Source: the human T2T-CHM13v2.0 reference genome, Homo sapiens
Length of the DNA: 64,000 bases
Direction: 5' to 3' (one strand)
NCBI RefSeq assembly: GCF_009914755.1
Contig: NC_060928.1
In this document: piece after piece, positions 13,501 through 26,900 of the stretch
Layout of the letters: the number at the start of each line of letters is the position of its first letter
Position numbering within the stretch: position 1 is the stretch's first letter
Made by a program: the position numbers and the translations under genes
The notes under the pieces: generated by a model
Told to the model about the DNA's origin: nothing
Databases searched by the model: none
What the model saw: the letters and a program-made list of their open reading frames with translations, nothing else

Positions 13501-16500
13501 TGACATATAATATCTAGAGAGAAGCATTCTCAGGAACTTCTTTGTGATGTTTGCATTCAAGTCACAGAATTGAACATTCCCTTTCATAGAGCAGGTTTGA
13601 AACACTCTTTCTCTAGTATCTGGAAGTGGGCATTTCAAGCGCTTTCAGGCCTATGGAGAGAAAGGAAATACCTTCAAATAAAAACTAGACAGAAGCATTC
13701 TCAGAAACTTATTTGTGATGTGTGTCCTCAACTAACAGAGTTGAACCTTTGTTTTGATACAGCATTTTGGAAACACTCCTTTTGTAGAATCTGCAGGTGG
13801 ATATTTGGATAACTTTGAAGATTTCGTTGGAAACCGGAATATCTTCATATAAAATCAAGACAGAAGCATTCTCGGAAACATCTCTGTGATGTTTGCATTC
13901 AACTCAGTAGAGTTGAACACTTCCTTTCATAGAGCCGGTTTGAAACACTCTTTCTGCACTACCTGGAAGCGGACATTTCGAGCGCTTTGAGGCCTATGGT
14001 GAAAAAGGAAATATCTTCTCATAAAAACCAGAAAGAAGCATTCTCAGAAACTTCTTTGTGTTGTGTGTACTCAAGTAACAGTGTTGAACCTTCCTTTTGA
14101 CACAGCAGTTTTGAAACACTCTTTTGGTAGAATCTGCAAGTGGATATTTGGATAGCTTTGAGGATTTCGTTGGAAACGGGTTATCTTCATATAAAATCCA
14201 GACAGGAGCATTCTCAGAAACTTCTTTGTGCTGCATGTCCTCAATTCACAGAGCTGAACCTTTGTTTGGATACAGCATTTTGGAAACATTCCTTTAGTAG
14301 AATCTGCAAGTTGATATTTAGATAGCTTTGAAGATTTCGTTGGAAACGGGAATATCTTCATAGAAAATCTAGACGGAAGCATTCTCAGAAACTGCTTTGT
14401 GATGTTTGCATTCAAGTCACAGAGTTGAATATTCCCTTTTATAGAGTAGGTTTGAAACACTCTTTCGGCACTACCTGGAAGTGGATATTTCGAGCTCTTT
14501 GAGGCCTATGGTTAAAAGGAAATATCTTCCCATAAAAACTAGACAGAAGCCGTCTCAGAAACTTGTTTGTGATGTGTGTATACAACTACCAGAGTTGAAC
14601 ATTTCTGTTACAGAGCAATTTTAAAACACTCTTTTTGTGGAATCTGAAAGTGGATAATTGGATAGCTTTGTGGATTTCGTTGGAAACGGGATGACGTATA
14701 AAATCTAGAGAGAAGCATTCTCAGGAACTTCTTTCTGATGTTTGCATTCAAGTCACAGAATTGAACATTCCTTTTCATAGTGCAGGTTTGAAACACTCTT
14801 TCTGTAGTATCTGGAAGTGGACATTTCAAGCGCTTTCAGGCCTACGGGGAGAAAGGAAATATCTTCAAATAAAAACTAGACAGAAGGATTCTCAGAAACT
14901 TATTTGTGATGTGTGTCCTAAACGAACACAGTTGAACCTTTGTTTTGATACAGCATTTTGGAAACACTCCTTTTGTAGGATCTGCAGGTGGATATTTGGA
15001 TAGATTTTAAGATTTCGTTGGAAACGGGAGTTTCTTCATAGAAACTCAAGACAGATGCATTCTCAGAAACATCTCTGTGATGTTTGCATTCCACTCATAG
15101 AGTTGAAAACTTCCTTTCATAGAGCAGGTTTGAAACACTCTTTTTGTAATATTTGGAAGTGGACATTTGCAGCGCTTTGAGGCCTATGGTGAAAAAGGAA
15201 ATATCTTCTCATAAAAACCAGAGACAAGCATTCTCAGAAACTTCTTTTTGATGTGTGTACTCAAGTAACAGAGTTGAACCTTCCTTTTGACACAGCAGTT
15301 TTGAAACAATCTTTTTGTAGAATCTGCAAGTGGATATTTGGATAGCTTTGAGGATTTCGTTGGAAACGGGCTATCTTCATATAAAATCTAGACAGAAGCA
15401 TTCTCAGAAACTTCTTTGTGCTGTATGTCCTCAATTAACAGAGTTGAACCATTGCTTGGATACAGCATTTTGGAAACATTCCTTGAGTAGAATCTGCAAG
15501 TTGATATTTAGATAGATTTGAAGATTTCGTTGGAAAAGGGAATATCTCCATATAAAATCTAGAGGGAAGCATTCTCAGAAACTGCTTTGTGATGTTTCCA
15601 TTCAAGTCACAGAGTTGAATATTCCCTTTTATAGAGCACGTTTGAAACACTCTTTCTGCACTATCTGGAAGTGGACATTTCGAGCGCTTTGAGGCCTATG
15701 GTGAAAAAGGAAATATCTTCCCATAAAAACTAGACAGAAGCATTCTCAGAAACTTGTTTGTGATGTGTGTATTCAACTAACAGAGTTGAACTTTTGTTTT
15801 TACAGAGCCGTTTTAAAACACTCTTTTTGTGGAATCAGAAAGTGGATATTCGGATGGCTCTGAGGATTTCGTTGGAAGCGGGATTACATATAAAATCTAG
15901 AGAGAAGCATTCTCAGGAACTTCTTTGTGATGTTTGCATTGAAGTCACAGAATTGAACATTCACTTTGATAGAGCAGGTTTGAAACACTCATTCTGTAGT
16001 ATCTGGAAGTGGACATTTCAAGCGCTTTCAGGCCTATGGTGAGAAAGGAAATATCTTCGAATAAAAACTAGACAGAAGCATCCTCAGAAACTTATTTGTG
16101 ATGTGTGTCCTCAACTAACAGAGTTGAAACTTTGTTTTGATACAGCATTTTGGAAACACTCTTTTTGTAGAATCTGCAGGTGGATATTTGGATAGCTTAG
16201 AGGGATTCGTTGGAAAGGGGATATCTTCATATAAAATCTAGACAGAAGCATTCTCAGAAACTTATTTGTGATGTGTGTCCTCAACTAACAGAGTTGAACC
16301 TTGGTTTTGATACAGCATTTTGGAAACACTCCTTTTGTAGAATCTGCAGGTGGATATGTGGATAGCTCTGAAGATTTCGTTGGAAACGGGAATTTCTTCA
16401 TATAAAATCAAACAGAAGCATTCTCAGAAACTTCTCAGTGATGTTTGCATTCAGCTCATGGAGTTGAACACTTCCTTTCATAGAGCCGGTTTGAAACACT

Positions 16501-19500
16501 CTTTCTGCACTACCTGGAAGAGGACATTTCGAGCGCTTTGAGTCCTATGGTGAAAAGGGAAATATCTTCTCATAAAAACCAGAAAGAAGCATTCTCAGAA
16601 ACTTCTTTGTGTTGTGTGTACTCATGTAACAGTGTTGAACCATCCTTTTGACAGAGCAGTTTTGAAACACTCTTTTTGTAGAATCTGCAAGTGGATATTT
16701 GGATAGCTTTGAGGATTTCGTTGGAAACGGGATGACATATAATCTCTAGAGAGAAGCATACTCAGGAACTTCTTTGTGATGTTTGCATTCAAGTCACAGA
16801 ATTGAACATTCCCTTTCATAGAGCAGGTTTGAAACACTCTTTCTCTAGTATCTGGAAGTGGGCATTTCAAGCGCTTTCAGGCCTATGGAGAGAAAGGAAA
16901 TACCTTCAAATAAAAACTAGACAGAAGCATTCTCAGAAACTTATTTGTGATGTGTGTCCTCAACTAACAGAGTTGAACCTTTGTTTTGATACAGCATTTT
17001 GGAAACACTCCTTTTGTAGAATCTGCAGGTGGATATTTGGATAACTTTGAAGATTTCGTTGGAAACCGGAATATCTTCATATAAAATCAAGACAGAAGCA
17101 TTCTCGGAAACATCTCTGTGATGTTTGCATTCAACTCAGTAGAGTTGAACACTTCCTTTCATAGAGCAGGTTTGAAACACTCTTTCTGCACTACATGGAA
17201 GCGGACATTTCGAGCGCTTTGAGGCCTATGGTGAAAAAGGAAATATCTTCTCATAAAAACCAGAAAGAAGCATTCTCAGAAACTTCTTTGTGTTGTGTGT
17301 ACTCAAGTAACAGTGTTGAACCTTCCTGTTGACACAGCAGTTTTGAAACACTCTTTTGGTAGAATCTGCAAGTGGATATTTGGATAGCTTTGAGGATTTC
17401 GTTGGAAACGGGTTATCTTCATATAAAATCCAGACAGGAGCATTCTCAGAAACTTCTTTGTGCTGCATGTCCTCAATTCACAGAGCTGAACCTTTGTTTG
17501 GATACAGCATTTTGGAAACATTCCTTTAGTAGAATCTGCAAGTTGATATTTAGATAGCTTTGAAGATTTCGTTGGAAACGGGAATATCTTCATAGAAAAT
17601 CTAGACGGAAGCATTCTCAGAAACTGCTTTGTGATGTTTGCATTCAAGTCACAGAGTTGAATATTCCCTTTTATAGAGTAGGTTTGAAACACTCTTTCGG
17701 CACTACCTGGAAGTGGATATTTCGAGCTCTTTGAGGCCTATGGTTAAAAGGAATTATCTTCCCATAAAAACTAGACAGAAGCCGTCTCAGAAACTTGTTT
17801 GTGATGTGTGTATTCAACTAACAGAGTTGAACATTTCTGTTACAGAGCAATTTTAAAACACTCTTTTTGTGGAATCTGAAAGTGGATAATTGGATAGCTT
17901 TGTGGATTTCGTTGGAAACGGGATGACGTATAAAATCTAGAGAGAAGCATTCTCAGGAACTTCTTTCTGATGTTTGCATTCAAGTCACAGAATTGAACAT
18001 TCCTTTTCATAGTGCAGGTTTGAAACACTCTTTCTGTAGTATCTGGAAGTGGACATTTCAAGCGCTTTCAGGCCTACGGGGAGAAAGGAAATATCTTCAA
18101 ATAAAAACTAGACAGAAGGATTCTCAGAAACTTATTTGTGATGTGTGTCCTAAACGAACACAGTTGAACCTTTGTTTTGATACAGCATTTTGGAAACACT
18201 CCTTTTGTAGGATCTGCAGGTGGATATTTGGATAGATTTTAAGATTTCGTTGGAAACGGGAGTTTCTTCATAGAAACTCAAGACAGATGCATTCTCAGAA
18301 ACATCTCTGTGATGTTTGCATTCCACTCATAGAGTTGAAAACTTCCTTTCATAGAGCAGGTTTGAAACACTCTTTTTGTAATATTTGGAAGTGGACATTT
18401 GCAGCACTTTGAGGCCTATGGTGAAAAAGGAAATATCTTCTCATAAAAACCAGAAACAAGCATTCTCAGAAACTTCTTTTTGATGTGTGTACTCAAGTAA
18501 CAGAGTTGAACCTTCCTTTTGACACAGCAGTTTTGAAACAATCTTCTTGTAGAATCTGCAAGTGGATATTTGGATAGCTTTGAGGATTTCGTTGGAAACG
18601 GGATATCTTCATATAAAATCTAGACAGAAGCATTCTCAGAAACTTCTTTGTGCTGTATGCCCTCAATTAACAGAGTTGAACCATTGCTTGGATACAGCAT
18701 TTTGGAAACATTCCTTGAGTAGCATCTGCAAGTTGATATTTAGATAGATTTGAAGATTTCATTGGAAAAGGGAATATCTCCATATAAAATCTAGAGGGAA
18801 GCATTCTCAGAAACTGCTTTGTGATGTTTCCATTCAAGTCACAGAGTTGAATATTCCCTTTTATAGAGCACGTTTGAAAGACTCTTTCTGCACTATCTGG
18901 AAGTGGACATTTCGAGCGCTTTGAGGCCTATGTTGAAAAAGGAAATATCTTCCCATAAAAACTAGACAGAAGCATTCTCAGAAACTTGTTTGTGATGTGT
19001 GTATTCAACTAACAGAGTTGAACTTTTGTTTTTACAGAGCCGTTTTAAAACACTCTTTTTGTGGAATCAGAAAGTGGATATTCGGATGGCTCTGAGGATT
19101 TCGTTGGAAGCGGGATTACATATAAAATCTAGAGAGAAGCATTCTCAGGAACTTCTTTGTGATGTTTGCATTGAAGTCACAGAATTGAACATTCACTTTG
19201 ATAGAGCAGGTTTGAAACACTCATTCTGTAGTATCTGGAAGTGGACATTTCAAGCGCTTTCAGGCCTATGGTGAGAAAGGAAATATCTTCGAATAAAAAC
19301 TAGACAGAAGCATCCTCAGAAACTTATTTGTGATGTGTGTCCTCAACTAACAGAGTTGAAACTTTGTTTTGATACAGCATTTTGGAAACACTCTTTTTGT
19401 AGAATCTGCAGGTGGATATTTGGATAGCTTAGAGGGATTCGTTGGAAAGGGGATATCTTCATATAAAATCTAGACAGAAGCATTCTCAGAAACTTATTTG

Positions 19501-22500
19501 TGATGTGTGTCCTCAACTAACAGAGTTGAACCTTGGTTTTGATACAGCATTTTGGAAACCCTCCTTTTGTAGAATCTACAGGTGGATATGTGGATAGCTC
19601 TGAAGATTTCGTTGGAAACGGGAATTTCTTCATATAAAATCAAACAGAAGCATTCTCAGAAACTTCTCAGTGATGTTTGCATTCAGCTCATGGAGTTGAA
19701 CACTTCCTTTCATAGAACCGGTTTGAAACACTCTTTCTGCACTACCTGGAAGAGGCCATTTCGAGCGCTTTGAGTCCTATGGTGAAAAAGGAAATATCTT
19801 CTCATAAAAACCAGAAAGAAGCATTCTCAGAAACTTCTTTGTGTTGTGTGTACTCATGTAACAGTGTTGAACCATCCTTTTGACAGAGCAGTTTTGAAAC
19901 ACTCTTTTTGTAGAATCTGCAAGTGGATATTTGGATAGCTTTGAGGATTTCGTTGGAAACGGGATGACATATAATATCTAGAGAGAAGCATTCTCAGGAA
20001 CTTCTTTGTGATGTTTGCATTCAAGTCACAGAATTGAACATTCCCTTTCATAGAGCAGGTTTGAAACACTCTTTCTCTAGTATCTGGAAGTGGGCATTTC
20101 AAGCGCTTTCAGGCCTATGGAGAGAAAGGAAATACCTTCAAATAAAAACTAGACAGAAGCATTCTCAGAAACTTATTTGTGATGTGTGTCCTCAACTAAC
20201 AGAGTTGAACCTTTGTTTTGATACAGCATTTTGGAAACACTCCTTTTGTAGAATCTGCAGGTGGATATTTGGATAACTTTGAAGATTTCGTTGGAAACCG
20301 GAATATCTTCATATAAAATCAAGACAGAAGCATTCTCGGAAACATCTCTGTGATGTTTGCATTCAACTCAGTAGAGTTGAACACTTCCTTTCATAGAGCC
20401 GGTTTGAAACACTCTTTCTGCACTACCTGGAAGCGGACATTTCGAGCGCTTTGAGGCCTATGGTGAAAAAGGAAATATCTTCTCATAAAAACCAGAAAGA
20501 AGCATTCTCAGAAACTTCTTTGTGTTGTGTGTACTCAAGTAACAGTGTTGAACCTTCCTTTTGACACAGCAGTTTTGAAACACTCTTTTGGTAGAATCTG
20601 CAAGTGGATATTTGGATAGCTTTGAGGATTTCGTTGGAAACGGGTTATCTTCATATAAAATCCAGACAGGAGCATTCTCAGAAACTTCTTTGTGCTGCAT
20701 GTCCTCAATTCACAGAGCTGAACCTTTGTTTGGATACAGCATTTTGGAAACATTCCTTTAGTAGAATCTGCAAGTTGATATTTAGATAGCTTTGAAGATT
20801 TCGTTGGAAACGGGAATATCTTCATAGAAAATCTAGACGGAAGCATTCTCAGAAACTGCTTTGTGATGTTTGCATTCAAGTCACAGAGTTGAATATTCCC
20901 TTTTATAGAGTAGGTTTGAAACACTCTTTCGGCACTACCTGGAAGTGGATATTTCGAGCTCTTTGAGGCCTATGGTTAAAAGGAAATATCTTCCCATAAA
21001 AACTAGACAGAAGCCGTCTCAGAAACTTGTTTGTGATGTGTGTATACAACTACCAGAGTTGAACATTTCTGTTAGAGAGCAATTTTAAAACACTCTTTTT
21101 GTGGAATCTGAAAGTGGATAATTGGATAGCTTTGTGGATTTCGTTGGAAACGGGATGACGTATAAAATCTAGAGAGAAGCATTCTCAGGAACTTCTTTCT
21201 GATGTTTGCATTCAAGTCACAGAATTGAACATTCCTTTTCATAGTGCAGGTTTGAAACACTCTTTCTGTAGTATCTGGAAGTGGACATTTCAAGCGCTTT
21301 CAGGCCTACGGGGAGAAAGGAAATATCTTCAAATAAAAACTAGACAGAAGGATTCTCAGAAACTTATTTGTGATGTGTGTCCTAAACGAACACAGTTGAA
21401 CCTTTGTTTTGATACAGCATTTTGGAAACACTCCTTTTGTAGGATCTGCAGGTGGATATTTGGATAGATTTTAAGATTTCGTTGGAAACGGGAGTTTCTT
21501 CATAGAAACTCAAGACAGATGCATTCTCAGAAACATCTCTGTGATGTTTGCATTCCACTCATAGAGTTGAAAACTTCCTTTCATAGAGCAGGTTTGAAAC
21601 ACTCTTTTTGTAATATTTGGAAGTGGACATTTGCAGCGCTTTGAGGCCTATGGTGAAAAAGGAAATATCTTCTCATAAAAACCAGAAACAAGCATTCTCA
21701 GAAACTTCTTTTTGATGTGTGTACTCAAGTAACAGAGTTGAACCTTCCTTTTGACACAGCAGTTTTGAAACAATCTTTTTGTAGAATCTGCAAGTGGATA
21801 TTTGGATAGCTTTGAGGATTTCGTTGGAAACGGGCTATCTTCATATAAAATCTAGACAGAAGCATTCTCAGAAACTTCTTTGTGCTGTATGTCCTCAATT
21901 AACAGAGTTGAACCATTGCTTGGATACAGCATTTTGGAAACATTCCTTGAGTAGAATCTGCAAGTTGATATTTAGATAGATTTGAAGATTTCGTTGGAAA
22001 AGGGAATATCTCCATATAAAATCTAGAGGGAAGCATTCTCAGAAACTGCTTTGTGATGTTTCCATTCAAGTCACAGAGTTGAATATTCCCTTTTATAGAG
22101 CACGTTTGAAACACTCTTTCTGCACTATCTGGAAGTGGACATTTCGAGCGCTTTGAGGCCTATGGTGAAAAAGGAAATATCTTCCCATAAAAACTAGACA
22201 GAAGCATTCTCAGAAACTTGTTTGTGATGTGTGTATTCAACTAACAGAGTTGAACTTTTGTTTTTACAGAGCCGTTTTAAAACACTCTTTTTGTGGAATC
22301 AGAAAGTGGATATTCGGATGGCTCTGAGGATTTCGTTGGAAGCGGGATTACATATAAAATCTAGAGAGAAGCATTCTCAGGAACTTCTTTGTGATGTTTG
22401 CATTGAAGTCACAGAATTGAACATTCACTTTGATAGAGCAGGTTTGAAACACTCATTCTGTAGTATCTGGAAGTGGACATTTCAAGCGCTTTCAGGCCTA

Positions 22501-23904
22501 TGGTGAGAAAGGAAATATCTTCGAATAAAAACTAGACAGAAGCATCCTCAGAAACTTATTTGTGATGTGTGTCCTCAACTAACAGAGTTGAAACTTTGTT
22601 TTGATACAGCATTTTGGAAACACTCTTTTTGTAGAATCTGCAGGTGGATATTTGGATAGCTTAGAGGGATTCGTTGGAAAGGGGATATCTTCATATAAAA
22701 TCTAGACAGAAGCATTCTCAGAAACTTATTTGTGATGTGTGTCCTCAACTAACAGAGTTGAACCTTGGTTTTGATACAGCATTTTGGAAACACTCCTTTT
22801 GTAGAATCTGCAGGTGGATATGTGGATAGCTCTGAAGATTTCGTTGGAAACGGGAATTTCTTCATATAAAATCAAACAGAAGCATTCTCAGAAACTTCTC
22901 AGTGATGTTTGCATTCAGCTCATGGAGTTGAACACTTCCTTTCATAGAGCCGGTTTGAAACACTCTTTCTGCACTACCTGGAAGAGGACATTTCGAGCGC
23001 TTTGAGTCCTATGGTGAAAAGGGAAATATCTTCTCATAAAAACCAGAAAGAAGCATTCTCAGAAACTTCTTTGTGTTGTGTGTACTCATGTAACAGTGTT
23101 GAACCATCCTTTTGACAGAGCAGTTTTGAAACACTCTTTTTGTAGAATCTGCAAGTGGATATTTGGATAGCTTTGAGGATTTCGTTGGAAACGGGATGAC
23201 ATATAATCTCTAGAGAGAAGCATACTCAGGAACTTCTTTGTGATGTTTGCATTCAAGTCACAGAATTGAACATTCCCTTTCATAGAGCAGGTTTGAAACA
23301 CTCTTTCTCTAGTATCTGGAAGTGGGCATTTCAAGCGCTTTCAGGCCTATGGAGAGAAAGGAAATACCTTCAAATAAAAACTAGACAGAAGCATTCTCAG
23401 AAACTTATTTGTGATGTGTGTCCTCAACTAACAGAGTTGAACCTTTGTTTTGATACAGCATTTTGGAAACACTCCTTTTGTAGAATCTGCAGGTGGATAT
23501 TTGGATAACTTTGAAGATTTCGTTGGAAACCGGAATATCTTCATATAAAATCAAGACAGAAGCATTCTCGGAAACATCTCTGTGATGTTTGCATTCAACT
23601 CAGTAGAGTTGAACACTTCCTTTCATAGAGCAGGTTTGAAACACTCTTTCTGCACTACCTGGAAGCGGACATTTCGAGCACTTTGAGGCCTATGGTGAAA
23701 AAGGAAATATCTTCTCATAAAAACCAGAAAGAAGCATTCTCAGAAACTTCTTTGTGTTGTGTGTACTCAAGTAACAGTGTTGAACCTTCCTTTTGACACA
23801 GCAGTTTTGAAACACTCTTTTGGTAGAATCTGCAAGTGGATATTTGGATAGCTTTGAGGATTTCGTTGGAAACGGGTTATCTTCATATAAAATCCAGACA
23901 GGAG
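4513..23904 (+). repeat. U2-U7: six tandem canonical 19-mer HORs (starts 4513, 7745, 10977, 14209, 17441, 20673)
   Basis: Exact 3232-bp spacing of marker ORFs and monomer a. Confidence 0.96.
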
Positions 23905-26900
23905 CATTCTCAGAAACTTCTTTGTGCTGCATGTCCTCAATTCACAGAGCTGAACCTTTGTTTGGATACAGCATTTTGGAAACATTCCTTTAGTAGAATC
24001 TGCAAGTTGATATTTAGATAGCTTTGAAGATTTCGTTGGAAACGGGAATATCTTCATAGAAAATCTAGACGGAAGCATTCTCAGAAACTGCTTTGTGATG
24101 TTTGCATTCAAGTCACAGAGTTGAATATTCCCTTTTATAGAGTAGGTTTGAAACACTCTTTCGGCACTACCTGGAAGTGGATATTTCGAGCTCTTTGAGG
24201 CCTATGGTTAAAAGGAAATATCTTCCCATAAAAACTAGACAGAAGCCGTCTCAGAAACTTGTTTGTGATGTGTGTATTCAACTAACAGAGTTGAACATTT
24301 CTGTTACAGAGCAATTTTAAAACACTCTTTTTGTGGAATCTGAAAGTGGATAATTGGATAGCTTTGTGGATTTCGTTGGAAACGGGATGACGTATAAAAT
24401 CTAGAGAGAAGCATTCTCAGGAACTTCTTTGTGATGTTTGCATTCAAGTCACAGAATTGAACATTCCTTTTCATAGTGCAGGTTTGAAACACTCTTTCTG
24501 TAGTATCTGGAAGTGGACATTTCAAGCGCTTTCAGGCCTACGGGGAGAAAGGAAATATCTTCAAATAAAAACTAGACAGAAGGATTCTCAGAAACTTATT
24601 TGTGATGTGTGTCCTAAACGAACACAGTTGAACCTTTGTTTAGATACAGCATTTTGGAAACACTCCTTTTGTAGGATCTGCAGGTGGATATTTGGATAGA
24701 TTTTAAGATTTCGTTGGAAACGGGAGTTTCTTCATAGAAACTCAAGACAGATGCATTCTCAGAAACATCTCTGTGATGTTTGCATTCCACTCATAGAGTT
24801 GAAAACTTCCTTTCATAGAGCAGGTTTGAAACACTCTTTTTGTAATATTTGGAAGTGGACATTTGCAGCGCTTTGAGGCCTATGGTGAAAAAGGAAATAT
24901 CTTCTCATAAAAACCAGAAACAAGCATTCTCAGAAACTTCTTTTTGATGTGTGTACTCAAGTAACAGAGTTGAACCTTCCTTTTGACACAGCAGTTTTGA
25001 AACAATCTTTTTGTAGAATCTGCAAGTGGATATTTGGATAGCTTTGAGGATTTCGTTGGAAACGGGATATCTTCATATAAAATCTAGACAGAAGCATTCT
25101 CAGAAACTTCTTTGTGCTGTATGTCCTCAATTAACAGAGTTGAACCATTGCTTGGATACAGCATTTTGGAAACATTCCTTTAGTAGAATCTGCAAGTTGA
25201 TATTTAGATAGATTTGAAGATTTCGTTGGAAAAGGGAATATCTCCATATAAAATCTAGACGGAAGCATTCTCAGAAACTGCTTTGTGATGTTTCCATTCA
25301 AGTCACAGAGTTGAATATTCCCTTTTATAGAGCACGTTTGAAACACTCTTTCTGCACTATCTGGAAGTGGACATTTCGAGCGCTTTGAGGCCTATGGTGA
25401 AAAAGGAAATATCTTCCCATAAAAATTAGACAGAAGCATTCTCAGAAACTTGTTTGTGATGTGTGTATTCAACTAACAGAGTTGAACTTTTGTTTTTACA
25501 GAGCCGTTTTAAAACACTCTTTTTGTGGAATCAGAAAGTGGATATTCGGATGGCTCTGAGGATTTCGTTGGAAGCGGGATTACATATAAAATCTAGAGAG
25601 AAGCATTCTCAGGAACTTCTTTGTGATGTTTGCATTGAAGTCACAGAATTGAACATTCACTTTGATAGAGCAGGTTTGAAACACTCATTCTGTAGTATCT
25701 GGAAGTGGACATTTCAAGCGCTTTCAGGCCTATGGTGAGAAAGGAAATATCTTCGAATAAAAACTAGACAGAAGCATCCTCAGAAACTTATTTGTGATGT
25801 GTGTCCTCAACCAACAGAGTTGAAACTTTGTTTTGATACAGCATTTTGGAAACACTCCTTTTGTAGAATCTGCAGGTGGATATGTGGATAGCTCTGAAGA
25901 TTTCGTTGGAAACGGGAATTTCTTCATATAAAATCAAACAGAAGCATTCTCAGAAACTTCTCAGTGATGTTCGCATTCAGCTCATGGAGTTGAACACTTC
26001 CTTTCATAGAGCCGGTTTGAAACACTCTTTCTGCACTACCTGGAAGAGGCCATTTCGAGCGCTTTGAGTCCTATGGTGAAAAAGGAAATATCTTCTCATA
26101 AAAACCAGAAGGAAGCATTCTCAGAAACTTCTTTGTGTTGTGTGTACTCATGTAACAGTGTTGAACCATCCTTTTGACAGAGCAGTTTTGAAACACTCTT
26201 TTTGTAGAATCTGCAAGTGGATATTTGGATAGCTTTGAGGATTTCGTTGGAAACGGGATGACATATAATATCTAGAGAGAAGCATTCTCAGGAACTTCTT
26301 TGTGCTGTTTGCATTCAAGTCACAGAATTGAACATTCCCTTTCATAGAGCAGATTTGAAACACTCTTTCTCTAGTATCTGGAAGTGGGCATTTCAAGCGC
26401 TTTCAGGCCTATTGAGAGAAAGGAAATACCTTCAAATAAAAACTAGACAGAAGCATTCTCAGAAACTTGTTTGTGATGTGTGTATTCAACTAACAGAGTT
26501 GAACTTTTGTTTTTACAGAGCCGTTTTAAAACACTCTTTTTGTGGAATCCGAAAGTGGATATTCGGATGGCTCTGAGGATTTCGTTGGAAGCGGGATTAC
26601 ATATAAAATCTAGAGAGAAGCATTCTCAGGAACTTCTTTGTGATGTTTGCATTGAAGTCACAGAATTGAACATTCACTTTGATAGAGCAGGTTTGAAACA
26701 CTCATTCTGTAGTATCTGCAAGTGGACATTTCAAGCGCTTTCAGGCCTATGGTGAGAAAGGAAATATCTTCGAATAAAAACTAGACAGAAGCATCCTCAG
26801 AAACTTATTTGTGATGTGTGTCCTCAACTAACAGAGTTGAAACTTTGTTTTGATACAGCATTTTGGAAACACTCTTTTTGTAGAATCTGCAGGTGGATAT

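Noticed and set aside
25730-25927. New ORFs specific to the 25-mer (65 aa minus strand; 82 aa at 26328)
   Set aside because: They are by-products of the hybrid junctions and one SNV, useful only as markers.
25437-26453. The 1017-bp insert as a mobile element
   Set aside because: It consists entirely of neighbouring HOR monomers, with no terminal repeats, target-site duplication or poly(A), and always occupies the same HOR position.
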